Origin: an uncultured Lachnospiraceae bacterium
GTDB taxonomy: Bacteria; Bacillota; Clostridia; Lachnospirales; Lachnospiraceae
Assembly: GCA_946538525.1 (NCBI GenBank)
Contig: CAMNGU010000001.1
Coordinates: 1-59,515, forward strand
Length of the DNA: 59,515 nt
Direction of reading: 5' to 3'
In this document: positions 9,546-17,944 of the stretch, piece after piece
Position numbering within the stretch: position 1 is the first letter of the stretch
Layout of the letters: each line of letters begins with the position of its first letter
Made by a program: the position numbers and the translations under genes
The notes under the pieces: generated by a model
Told to the model about the DNA's origin: nothing
Seen by the model: the letters and a program-made list of their open reading frames with translations, nothing else
Databases searched by the model: none

Positions 9546-10211
9546 ATGTATCAGATTTTACTTGCCGAGGATGAAAGTACTCTTCGGAATATTCTAACTC
9601 TGTTCTTTCAGAAAAATGGCTTCGAAATTGATGCAGTTGATAACGGAATTGATGCCTGTTCTTTTGCAGATGAGAAGCATTATGACATTGTGATATTGGA
9701 CATCATGATGCCTGGCAGGAACGGCAAAGAAGTGTGCCGATATATCCGAAGCAAATATGATGTACCGGTTGTTTTCCTGACAGCCCTGGGAAATGAGAGC
9801 GATATCATTTCAGGTTATGAGCTTGGTGCGGATGAATATGTGACAAAACCATTTTCCACCACTATTTTGCTGGCAAAAGTTAATGCGATGATCAATAGAT
9901 ATCACGGGCTTATGGTGAAGGATGGAAAGATTCAGGTGGATGAGCTTGTTATTGAACCTGCCAGAAGATATGTTACGGTGGATGGAAAAGAAGTGAAGTT
10001 GGCACCAAAGGAATATGAGCTTCTTATGTGTCTGCTTGACCATAAGGGAAATATACTCAGCAGAGGGCAGCTTTTAGATATGGTATGGGGCATGGACTTT
10101 GAAGGCTATGACAGAGCAGTGGACACACACATCAAAAAACTAAGGAAGTCTCTGGGCAAAGCTTGCTACCATATTGAGACTGTTATCAAGGTTGGATATG
10201 TGTGGAAATAG
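9546..10211 (+). CDS. OmpR/PhoB-family response regulator
   Basis: ILLAEDE, LDIMMP and KPF receiver motifs; winged helix RAVDTHIKKLR. Confidence 0.93.
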   Translation: MYQILLAEDESTLRNILTLFFQKNGFEIDAVDNGIDACSFADEKHYDIVILDIMMPGRNGKEVCRYIRSKYDVPVVFLTALGNESDIISGYELGADEYVTKPFSTTILLAKVNAMINRYHGLMVKDGKIQVDELVIEPARRYVTVDGKEVKLAPKEYELLMCLLDHKGNILSRGQLLDMVWGMDFEGYDRAVDTHIKKLRKSLGKACYHIETVIKVGYVWK

Positions 10212-10252
10212 AAAGTATAGGGAAAATAATTTGTTGAGATTCTTTTCATGTT

Positions 10253-10286
10253 CTTAAGGACTCCTTAATATCAAGGGGAGTAAACT
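10253..10286 (+). promoter_or_regulatory. Putative OmpR-family direct-repeat box plus -10 element
   Basis: CTTAAG (10253) and CTTAAT (10264) 11 bp apart, followed by TAAACT at 10281-10286. Confidence 0.4.
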
Positions 10287-10351
10287 GTTCTCATGGGAAA
10301 TGACAATTCATGTAATGAATAATATAATATTTTTATAGGAGTGAAAGAATT

Positions 10352-10548
10352 ATGAAAAAGAAAAAATAATGATATTACTTTTAATGGCAATCTTTATTCT
10401 GGGGCTTACAGGATGTTCAAAGTCCTTGGCAACCATAATGATTGAAGAACATGACGGCAATACCATGGATTTGAGTTTTGAGTCCCTTGAGGGAGAAAAA
10501 GAATGCGATATGAAGGTGCCGGGGAATGTGGCCCTTTTTTCTTTGTAG
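10352..10548 (+). pseudogene. Frameshifted/truncated small lipoprotein gene
   Basis: AGGAG SD then ATG AAA AAG AAA AAA TAA (MKKKK*). The overlapping frame from 10366 continues IMILLLMAIFILGLTGC (h-region + lipobox) to TAG 10548. Confidence 0.55.
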
Positions 10549-10702
10549 GAGATTGCTTTTTCTATGTTCAGTATTTGCAAGACGAAAGCAGTTGGGATAG
10601 AATAAAGTGGTGTGAGATTTAGAATGAAGATTTAATTGAATGACTAATGGAATACCTAATCCTTTAACTGGAGAAAGAAAAAAGATAAAAAGGCGGTTTT
10701 GT

Positions 10703-11191
10703 ATGAAATATCCTGAAATAACAACCCTATGCTACATGGAAAAGGACGGAAAGTACTTGATGATGCATAGAGTAAAAAAGGAAAATGATATTAACAAAGA
10801 TAAATATATTGGAGTGGGCGGTCATTTCGAGTATGGTGAAAGTCCTGATGATTGTCTTATGAGAGAGGTTATGGAAGAGACTGGGCTTACTCTTACAGAG
10901 TATAAAGCTAGAGGAATAGTTACATTTATCTATGGGGACTCTGTGGTTGAATATATGCATCTCTACACAGCCACCGGTTTTGAAGGAACTATGATAGACT
11001 GCGACGAGGGAGAACTGGAGTGGATAGATAAGTCAGCGGTTTACGACCTTCCTATCTGGGATGGGGATAAGATTTTTTTCAAGTTGCTGGAGTCGGATAG
11101 ACCTTACTTTTCCTTGAAATTGGTTTATTCATTAACAGATGAATTAGTTGAAGTGAAACTGGACGGACAGGACTATGACAAAGGTCTGTAA
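10703..11191 (+). CDS. mutX: NUDIX hydrolase, 8-oxo-dGTPase (MutX/MTH1-like)
   Basis: Nudix box GGHFEYGESPDDCLMREVMEETG, TTLCY start, WDGD motif; AAGGCGG SD before ATG 10703. Confidence 0.85.
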   Translation: MKYPEITTLCYMEKDGKYLMMHRVKKENDINKDKYIGVGGHFEYGESPDDCLMREVMEETGLTLTEYKARGIVTFIYGDSVVEYMHLYTATGFEGTMIDCDEGELEWIDKSAVYDLPIWDGDKIFFKLLESDRPYFSLKLVYSLTDELVEVKLDGQDYDKGL

Positions 11192-11229
11192 AAAATAATC
11201 TAATGGAATAGAATTGTATAAAAGATATT

Positions 11230-11255
11230 AAGGAGCCAGAAGATGGCTTCTTTTT
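11230..11255 (+). terminator. Rho-independent terminator
   Basis: AGGAGCCA-GAAGA-TGGCTTCT followed by TTTT. Confidence 0.7.
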
Positions 11256-11284
11256 ATTTCTTCCAAAATTATTAATACATAAAT

Positions 11285-11308
11285 AACATGACATACTTAT
11301 GTCGTGTT
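11285..11308. promoter_or_regulatory. Palindromic operator upstream of the WYL regulator
   Basis: AACATGACATA-CT-TATGTCGTGTT (11-bp arms, 1 mismatch); TATAGT at 11317-11322. Confidence 0.6.
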
Positions 11309-11386
11309 TGATATTATATAGTAGATATAGTAGTAGTTTTATTTGACAGTTCTATTAGTTAAAATCAGAAAGGGATATTCATTTAC

Positions 11387-12295
11387 ATGAAGATAGATAG
11401 GCTTATAGGAATATTATCAATACTCCTGCAAAAAGAGTCCACCACTGCTCCTGAGCTGGCGGAGCATTTTGAGGTGTCCCGAAGAACAATCAATAGGGAT
11501 ATTGAGGATTTATGCAAAGCAGGTATACCTATTCAGACAACCCAGGGAACTGGCGGGGGAATCAGAATCATGGATGGCTACTGTATGGATAGAACCATAC
11601 TTACTTCCAAGGATATGCAGATGATCATGGCAGGGCTGAGAAGTCTGGATAGCGTGAGTGGTAGCAGCTATTATGGTCAGCTTATGGAGAAGTTGCAGAC
11701 AGGCGCGTCTGAGATGATAAGCGGAAAGGATTCTATTCTTATTGATCTATCTTCCTGGTATAAGTCAACCCTGGCTCCGAAGATATCAACCATACAGGAT
11801 GCTATAGAGAATAGGCATATTCTGAGTTTTGATTATTATGCCCCCAAAGGAGAGAGCAAGCGAAAGATTGAACCCTATTTTGTGGTATTTCAGTGGAACA
11901 ATTGGTATGTTTATGGCTGGTGTCTTAAGAGGAAAGACCTTCGTTTATTTAAACTTAATCGAATGGATAAGGTTTTGGAAACCGATAAAAGTTTTGAATG
12001 TAGAAATGTCCCAATTCCGGACTTTTCTGCTGAGAGAGTGTTTCCGGCGAAATATCATTTGAAAGCTCTGTTTACTCCGGATCTAAAATGGAGACTGGTG
12101 GAGGAGTTTGGACCGAACTGCTATGAGGAGATGGAAGATGGAAGACTTCTTATAACAGAAGATTATTCTGATTTGGATAATCTGGTTACCTGGCTTCTAA
12201 CCTTTGCTGATAAAGTGGAGGTACTGGAACCAGAGGAGGTTAGAGAGAAAATGAGAAGTATAGCGGAGGCTATAGTAAGAAATTATAAGAAGTGA
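11387..12295 (+). CDS. YafY-family HTH-WYL-WCX transcriptional regulator
   Basis: N-terminal wHTH (ELAEHFEVSRRTINRDI), WYL domain (IEPY...WYVYGWC...RLFKLNRM), C-terminal VEVLEP. Confidence 0.92.
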   Translation: MKIDRLIGILSILLQKESTTAPELAEHFEVSRRTINRDIEDLCKAGIPIQTTQGTGGGIRIMDGYCMDRTILTSKDMQMIMAGLRSLDSVSGSSYYGQLMEKLQTGASEMISGKDSILIDLSSWYKSTLAPKISTIQDAIENRHILSFDYYAPKGESKRKIEPYFVVFQWNNWYVYGWCLKRKDLRLFKLNRMDKVLETDKSFECRNVPIPDFSAERVFPAKYHLKALFTPDLKWRLVEEFGPNCYEEMEDGRLLITEDYSDLDNLVTWLLTFADKVEVLEPEEVREKMRSIAEAIVRNYKK

Positions 12296-12312
12296 TTTGG
12301 GAGGTTAAAATA

Positions 12313-12879
12313 GTGAGTAATATATATGATAAATGTCCAACTTTTGAAAATGATAAATGGTTTCTTAGATTTGTTGCAAAAGAAGATAGTGACGATCTAA
12401 TCATGGTATATGGAGATAAAGCAGCGCTGCCCTTCTTCAATAGCGATAATTGTCATGGAGATAATTTCTATTATCCAACGAAAGAGAAGATGGATTCAGC
12501 AATTGACTTCTGGATTTATTCATATAAGGAGAAATATTTTGTAAGATGGGCTATAATAGATAAGTCCACTTCTAAGGCAGTTGGAACTATTGAAATGTTC
12601 CATCGGGATCCCAATGGGGATTTTGGACATGTGGGACTTCTTCGCTTAGATTTGGGAAGTGCATATGAAAATGCAGATGATATAAAAAGTATATTGGACC
12701 TGATAATTCCACCTGCATTTGAAATGTTTGACTGTGAAGAAATCATTTCAAAAGTTCCGATATATGCTGTTGAAAGAATTCAGGCTTTTTCGGATTATGG
12801 TTTTGAGAAGTCGGATATATGCCTCATTGGTGGAAGTGATAAATATGCCTATAATGGTTATTGGTCATATAAAATGTAA
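12313..12879 (+). CDS. GNAT (RimJ/RimL-like) N-acetyltransferase
   Basis: P.FE....LR start, RWAI.....AVGTIE and YGF patterns; GGAGG SD before GTG 12313. Confidence 0.7.
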   Translation: MSNIYDKCPTFENDKWFLRFVAKEDSDDLIMVYGDKAALPFFNSDNCHGDNFYYPTKEKMDSAIDFWIYSYKEKYFVRWAIIDKSTSKAVGTIEMFHRDPNGDFGHVGLLRLDLGSAYENADDIKSILDLIIPPAFEMFDCEEIISKVPIYAVERIQAFSDYGFEKSDICLIGGSDKYAYNGYWSYKM

Positions 12880-12907
12880 TTTAAAGCTTTATAAAGGAAA
12901 ATGAAAC

Positions 12908-14173
12908 ATGAGTAAAGAGATTTTAAAAGAAAAAGAGATTGAAGATAAAACACAGACGACAGTAGTGCTTAAAAAGGGTGAAGGCCGTACCATTAAGGCT
13001 GGAGGTTCCTGGGTATATGATAATGAAATCGACAAGATAGTTGGAGATGTAACAGATGGTCAGATCGTCAAGGTCGAAGATTTTGATGGATATCCAATGG
13101 GAAGAGGATTTATCAATCGTAAGTCGAAGATTACTGTAAGAATGATGACCAGAGAACCGGATGTGGAGATTACTGATGAGTTTCTTCGCGGCAGAGTTAA
13201 GGCTGCCTGGGAGTATAGAAAAGCAGTGACAGATACTTCCTCTTGTAGAATCATTTTCGGTGAATCGGATTTCCTTCCGGGGTTAGTGGTTGATAAGTAT
13301 GAGGATATTCTGGTGGTAGAATCTCTTGCTCTAGGTATTGATCTTCTGAAACCAAAAATCTTAGAGTACCTTCAGGAAATTCTTGCTGAGGATGGAATAA
13401 AGATTCGTGGTATCTATGAGAGAAGTGATGCAAAGATAAGGCTTAAGGAAGGACTTCCTAGAACGAAGGGATTCCTTAGTGAGCCTTTTGATACTAAGAT
13501 ACAGATTGTTGAAAATGGTGTTCGCTACAATGTGGATGTGGAAAATGGACAGAAGACTGGTTTCTTCTTAGATCAGAAGGGCAACCGAATGGCAATGCAG
13601 AATCTGGTTCGCAGAATGAAGGAAGCTGGAGAAACAGTAAGAGTGTTGGACTGTTTTACTCATACAGGTTCATTTGCGCTTAACTGTGGACTTGGTGGAG
13701 CTGATTCTGTTACTGGTGTAGATGCATCTGAATTGGCGGTGGAGCAGGCCCAAGAAAATGCAGAAATGAATGGCCTTTCTGATAGAGTTCATTTTCAGAC
13801 TGCAGATGTGTTAGATCTTCTTCCAGAGCTTATTGAAAAGGGAGAAAAGTATGATGTGGTAATTCTTGATCCTCCTGCATTTACTAAGACTCGTGATAAG
13901 ATCAAGCAGGCGTCCAAGGGTTATAGAGAGATTAATATGAGAGGCATGAAGCTCACCAGACATGGTGGATACTTCGCAACCTGCTCATGCTCACATTTCA
14001 TGGATTATGAAACATTTACAGCGGTCATTGCTCAGGCCGCAAGAGCTGCGCATGTAAGACTCCGCCAGATTGAATTCAGAACACAGGCTGCAGATCATCC
14101 ATTTCTTTGGTCTGGAGATGAGGCAAGTTACTATCTGAAGTTCTACATCTTCCAGGTTCTGGAAGAGAGATAA
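12908..14173 (+). CDS. rlmI: RlmI-family SAM-dependent rRNA methyltransferase
   Basis: PUA-like N-terminus, GQKTGFFLDQ, VLDCFTHTGSF, ILDPPAF, TCSCS. Confidence 0.88.
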   Translation: MSKEILKEKEIEDKTQTTVVLKKGEGRTIKAGGSWVYDNEIDKIVGDVTDGQIVKVEDFDGYPMGRGFINRKSKITVRMMTREPDVEITDEFLRGRVKAAWEYRKAVTDTSSCRIIFGESDFLPGLVVDKYEDILVVESLALGIDLLKPKILEYLQEILAEDGIKIRGIYERSDAKIRLKEGLPRTKGFLSEPFDTKIQIVENGVRYNVDVENGQKTGFFLDQKGNRMAMQNLVRRMKEAGETVRVLDCFTHTGSFALNCGLGGADSVTGVDASELAVEQAQENAEMNGLSDRVHFQTADVLDLLPELIEKGEKYDVVILDPPAFTKTRDKIKQASKGYREINMRGMKLTRHGGYFATCSCSHFMDYETFTAVIAQAARAAHVRLRQIEFRTQAADHPFLWSGDEASYYLKFYIFQVLEER

Positions 14174-14247
14174 ATAGTTATTAACTATAAGAAAAATAAA
14201 TGATTCTGCAAAAAACTATTGATATTATTAACAAAAAGAATATCACC

Positions 14248-14293
14248 TAAATGGATAAAAAAGATTGAGAAAATATCCATTTAATAGTATAAT
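14248..14293 (+). promoter_or_regulatory. Sigma-A promoter with an overlapping 10-bp perfect inverted repeat (probable auto-operator)
   Basis: TTGAGA (14265-70)-17 bp-TATAAT (14288-93). TAAATGGATA (14248-57) and TATCCATTTA (14274-83) flank the -35. Confidence 0.7.
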
Positions 14294-14351
14294 TATAGTA
14301 TAGAAATATCAATATTGTGATGTGCACTATTAAATGAATGGGGTGATATTT

Positions 14352-15326
14352 ATGATGATAGAGACTATGCAGGCCATAAGGGATGAGTTCCATTTATCCT
14401 ACAAAGAGATAGCTGAGAAGTCAGGTGTTCCAATCTCAACTGTTCAAAAGGTTCTTGGAGGCATAACAACACCAAGAAGTAAAACTCTGACAGAATTGGA
14501 AAAGGCATTTGATTCATTTATTGAACAGGGTTCTCCTAGATGGCTGGGAGCTGTCAGCTTTGAGGAGTTAATGATCAGAGGAAATCATCAGGATGTATTA
14601 AGTAGATTAGATGATTTAGAAAAACTAGCAGGCAATGGAATTCTTGCTGAGGAAAATAGATATAATTCTGGAAAAAAGATAAGTAAGTCTGATAAAAAAT
14701 CTAATAATAAATCAGGTTTCAAATCAGAGATTACTGATAGCAATATCATAAGTTTTCTGGATAAAAAATCGGGAGAATACACTGTATCGGATTACGAAGC
14801 TCTGCCGGATGATATTAAGGTTGAGCTTATCGATGGATTCTTCTATGACATGGCATCTCCATCGAAGATTCATCAGACCATTTTGATCGAGATGCTTTTT
14901 CAGATTAAAAATCAGATAAAGAAAAATAAAGGTGGATGCAAGGTCTATATAGCACCATCTGATGTACAACTGGATGATGATGAGAAAACCATCGTTCAGC
15001 CTGATCTGTTTATTCTTTGTAAGAAGGACATGATTAAGGATGTGAATAGAACTCACGGTGCTCCAGAGTTTGTGGTTGAGGTGTTATCCAATTCGACGCG
15101 AAGAAAGGATATGACACTGAAGCTCAATAAGTATATGAATGCAGGAGTGAAGGAGTATTGGATTATAGATCCGGATAAGTATTACATAATCAAATATTTC
15201 TTTAACAATATGGATCTAGCAAATATCTATACATTTGATGATGAAGTTCCAATTGAAATATATGACGGAAAGATAGTAGTTGATTTTAAAGAAATAAAAG
15301 AAGAGTTAATACAGGAATTCGGATAA
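14352..15326 (+). CDS. XRE-type HTH fused to a Uma2 (PD-(D/E)xK) endonuclease domain
   Basis: LSYKEIAEKSGVPISTVQK HTH; ELIDG..Y.M.SP...HQ, VQPDL, PEFVVEVLS and GVKEYWIIDP Uma2 motifs. Confidence 0.88.
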   Translation: MMIETMQAIRDEFHLSYKEIAEKSGVPISTVQKVLGGITTPRSKTLTELEKAFDSFIEQGSPRWLGAVSFEELMIRGNHQDVLSRLDDLEKLAGNGILAEENRYNSGKKISKSDKKSNNKSGFKSEITDSNIISFLDKKSGEYTVSDYEALPDDIKVELIDGFFYDMASPSKIHQTILIEMLFQIKNQIKKNKGGCKVYIAPSDVQLDDDEKTIVQPDLFILCKKDMIKDVNRTHGAPEFVVEVLSNSTRRKDMTLKLNKYMNAGVKEYWIIDPDKYYIIKYFFNNMDLANIYTFDDEVPIEIYDGKIVVDFKEIKEELIQEFG

Positions 15327-15386
15327 GCAAAAATTGAAAATGAGATTTATAAATCAGTTTATTTAGCAGTATCTTGGGGGATAAAC

Positions 15387-17252
15387 ATGAAAAGATTTTT
15401 TTCTATTGAAGAAGTAAAAGTTACGGAAGGACTTTTCCGTAAGAGAATGGATATAAATAAAGAATATTTAAAGGAATTAGACGATACATGCCTGCTTCAG
15501 AATTACTATCTTGAAGCTGGAGTTATTATGCCTGGTCTTTTTACTTTGGAGGATCCAACAAAGGCAAATCTTCATTGGGGATGGGAAGCACCTACCTGTC
15601 AGTTGAGAGGACATTTTCTGGGACATTATATGTCTGCAGTTGCAGCTTTGGTGGCGAATGATGGTGATATCTTTCTTGAGGCAAAGTTAAAGCATATTAT
15701 CTCTGAACTCCATAAATGCCAGGAGTTAAATGGTGGAAAATGGGTCGGACCGATTCCTGAAAAGTATTTTGAAGTTCTGACCACAGATAGGTATATCTGG
15801 TCTCCACAATACACAATTCATAAACTTCTTATGGGGCTGCTTGATACTTATAAGTATACAAAGAATGAAGAAGCTCTTACTATATTTTCAGGAATGACGG
15901 ACTGGTTCACAGCCTGGACTGAAGATATGAAGAAGAGATGTCCTGAAGCCATATATAAAGGGGAACAGGCTGGAATGCTTGAACTCTGGGCAGATGCATT
16001 TATGGTTACAGGAGATGAAAGATGTAGAGCGTTGGCAGATACTTATAAGGATCAGGGATTATTTAAGCTGCTCCGTGAGGGTAAAGATGGTCTTACTGAT
16101 GACCATGCAAATGCAAGTATTCCTATTATTCATGGCGCTGCTAAAATGTATGAGCTAACAGGCGATGAAGACTGGAAGAAGATAGTTGAAAATTTCTGGA
16201 AATGTGCAGTGACGGATCGAGGTATGTACGCAACCACTGGCGCAAATGGTGGTGAGTTCTGGATTCCACCTAAGAAGATGGGCGAGTACCGTGGTGACAG
16301 GGAACAGGAATTCTGCACAGTTTTTAACATGGTTCGAGTGGCTCAGTATCTATTTAAATGGACCGGGGATTCGGAGTATGAAGACTATATTGAGAAATGT
16401 ATATACAATGGGTTCCTGGCTCAGCAAAATGCTGAAACAGGAATGCCAACATATTTCCTTCCGCTTACAACTGGAGCAAAGAAGAAGTGGGCGACTAAGC
16501 GAAATGATTTCTGGTGCTGCCAGGGAACTATGATACAGTCTCAAACCAGATATCCGGAATTAATATATTTAGCAGATGACGACTCAGAGACACTATATGT
16601 GAATCAGTACATTCCATCCAGATTATCAGGTTTAGTGGGAGATGTGGAGATAGAGTTGCTACAATCTCTAATACTTAAGGGAGATGAAGTTGTAACTCTA
16701 TTTGATGAGAGCACTGAAAATGAAAAGAATAGATGGAAGATGAGATTTGAATTAACTATGAAAGAATTAACTATGAAAGAATTAACTATGAAAGAATTAA
16801 CTATGAAAAAAGAAGAAAAAATCTCTATTTCATTTAGAAAACCAGCGTGGGTAGCAGATGAACCTCAGGTAATAGTTAATGGGGAAGAAACAGATAGAGT
16901 ACATTTAAATGAGAAATATATTACGGTAGATGAATGTAAGTCAGGAGATGTGATCGAGATTTATCTTCCAGCAGAAATCAAGGTTGAGAGGTTACCAGAT
17001 ATGCCATATCAGGCAGCTTTTGTGGATGGTCCTATAGTGCTTGCCGGACTTACAGAGGATGTGGATGTGATAAATGGTGACTTCGATAATCCATCTGAAT
17101 TTCTAGATAAGGTTTCAGAAAGAACTTATGACACCTTTGTATGGTTACAGAATAATTATAGAACTAAAGGACAGAAGAAGAACTTCAAGTTGATTCCACT
17201 ATATGATGTTAAGGATGAACCTTATACACTTTATTTTGAAGAAAGAAAATAA
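15387..17252 (+). CDS. GH127/GH146 beta-L-arabinofuranosidase-like glycoside hydrolase
   Basis: GWE...LRGHFLGHY, HAN, EFC..FN and FWCCQGT motifs; no signal peptide. Confidence 0.85.
   Translation: MKRFFSIEEVKVTEGLFRKRMDINKEYLKELDDTCLLQNYYLEAGVIMPGLFTLEDPTKANLHWGWEAPTCQLRGHFLGHYMSAVAALVANDGDIFLEAKLKHIISELHKCQELNGGKWVGPIPEKYFEVLTTDRYIWSPQYTIHKLLMGLLDTYKYTKNEEALTIFSGMTDWFTAWTEDMKKRCPEAIYKGEQAGMLELWADAFMVTGDERCRALADTYKDQGLFKLLREGKDGLTDDHANASIPIIHGAAKMYELTGDEDWKKIVENFWKCAVTDRGMYATTGANGGEFWIPPKKMGEYRGDREQEFCTVFNMVRVAQYLFKWTGDSEYEDYIEKCIYNGFLAQQNAETGMPTYFLPLTTGAKKKWATKRNDFWCCQGTMIQSQTRYPELIYLADDDSETLYVNQYIPSRLSGLVGDVEIELLQSLILKGDEVVTLFDESTENEKNRWKMRFELTMKELTMKELTMKELTMKKEEKISISFRKPAWVADEPQVIVNGEETDRVHLNEKYITVDECKSGDVIEIYLPAEIKVERLPDMPYQAAFVDGPIVLAGLTEDVDVINGDFDNPSEFLDKVSERTYDTFVWLQNNYRTKGQKKNFKLIPLYDVKDEPYTLYFEERK
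16749..16808 (+). repeat. Perfect in-frame 15-bp tandem repeat x4 (GAATTAACTATGAAA, ELTMK)
   Basis: Four identical consecutive copies read directly from the sequence. Confidence 0.97.
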
Positions 17253-17384
17253 GTATGTGGTAAAAGAAGTTCATTATGAATTATTTGTGATTTATTTGAA
17301 AATCTATTCTAGAAAAATGTATAATACTAAAGGTTTTGTTGAGATAACCTGGCTGACAAACTGAGTGAAATAGGAGGCAGAAAT

Positions 17385-17858
17385 ATGTTAGCAAAAGAAA
17401 TTAAGATTCCTATGATAGTAGGAGTAGCGCTGTATGGATTTGCGTTTTTACTTATTTTGATCATAACTATAGGTCAAAGGGTATTTTGTAAAGCGTTTAC
17501 ACCTTCGCAGATTACTGAGACAGTAATTCCAGTAACTCTTTTTGTGAATTTATTAATTCTTATTATGTTTGCAGTATTCTTATTTGTGATGAAAACAAAT
17601 AAGGATGATAACAGGCGGACAGTTGGAATAATCATGTTTATATTTTTCTCAGTTTTTAGATTTATTTCTGTATTTGCTGGTATGTTAGAAAAGCGGATAT
17701 ATGCAAGACATGGGCAGGAGTCTTTAGTTGCAGTAAGTTCTGTAGAAAGTGTAATATCGATTGCGGCTTCACCATTCCTTTTTGTGGCAACAGTGCTTGT
17801 GATAATTGCAATTGCTAGATATGGAATATCTGATAGTAATTCGAATTTTAAAATATAA
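17385..17858 (+). CDS. Hypothetical four-TM membrane protein
   Basis: AGGAGG SD and four hydrophobic segments; no recognised family. Confidence 0.75.
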   Translation: MLAKEIKIPMIVGVALYGFAFLLILIITIGQRVFCKAFTPSQITETVIPVTLFVNLLILIMFAVFLFVMKTNKDDNRRTVGIIMFIFFSVFRFISVFAGMLEKRIYARHGQESLVAVSSVESVISIAASPFLFVATVLVIIAIARYGISDSNSNFKI

Positions 17859-17882
17859 TCCAGTTAATCGTTTAATATGCGT

Positions 17883-17925
17883 AAAAGCTGAAGTTTTAAC
17901 AACCAGTTAAGACTTCAGCTTTTTT
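17883..17925. terminator. Bidirectional terminator between convergent genes
   Basis: AAAAGCTGAAGTTTTAAC-AACCA-GTTAAGACTTCAGCTTTTTT. Confidence 0.85.
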
Positions 17926-17944
17926 GTTAGAATAAATATGAAAA

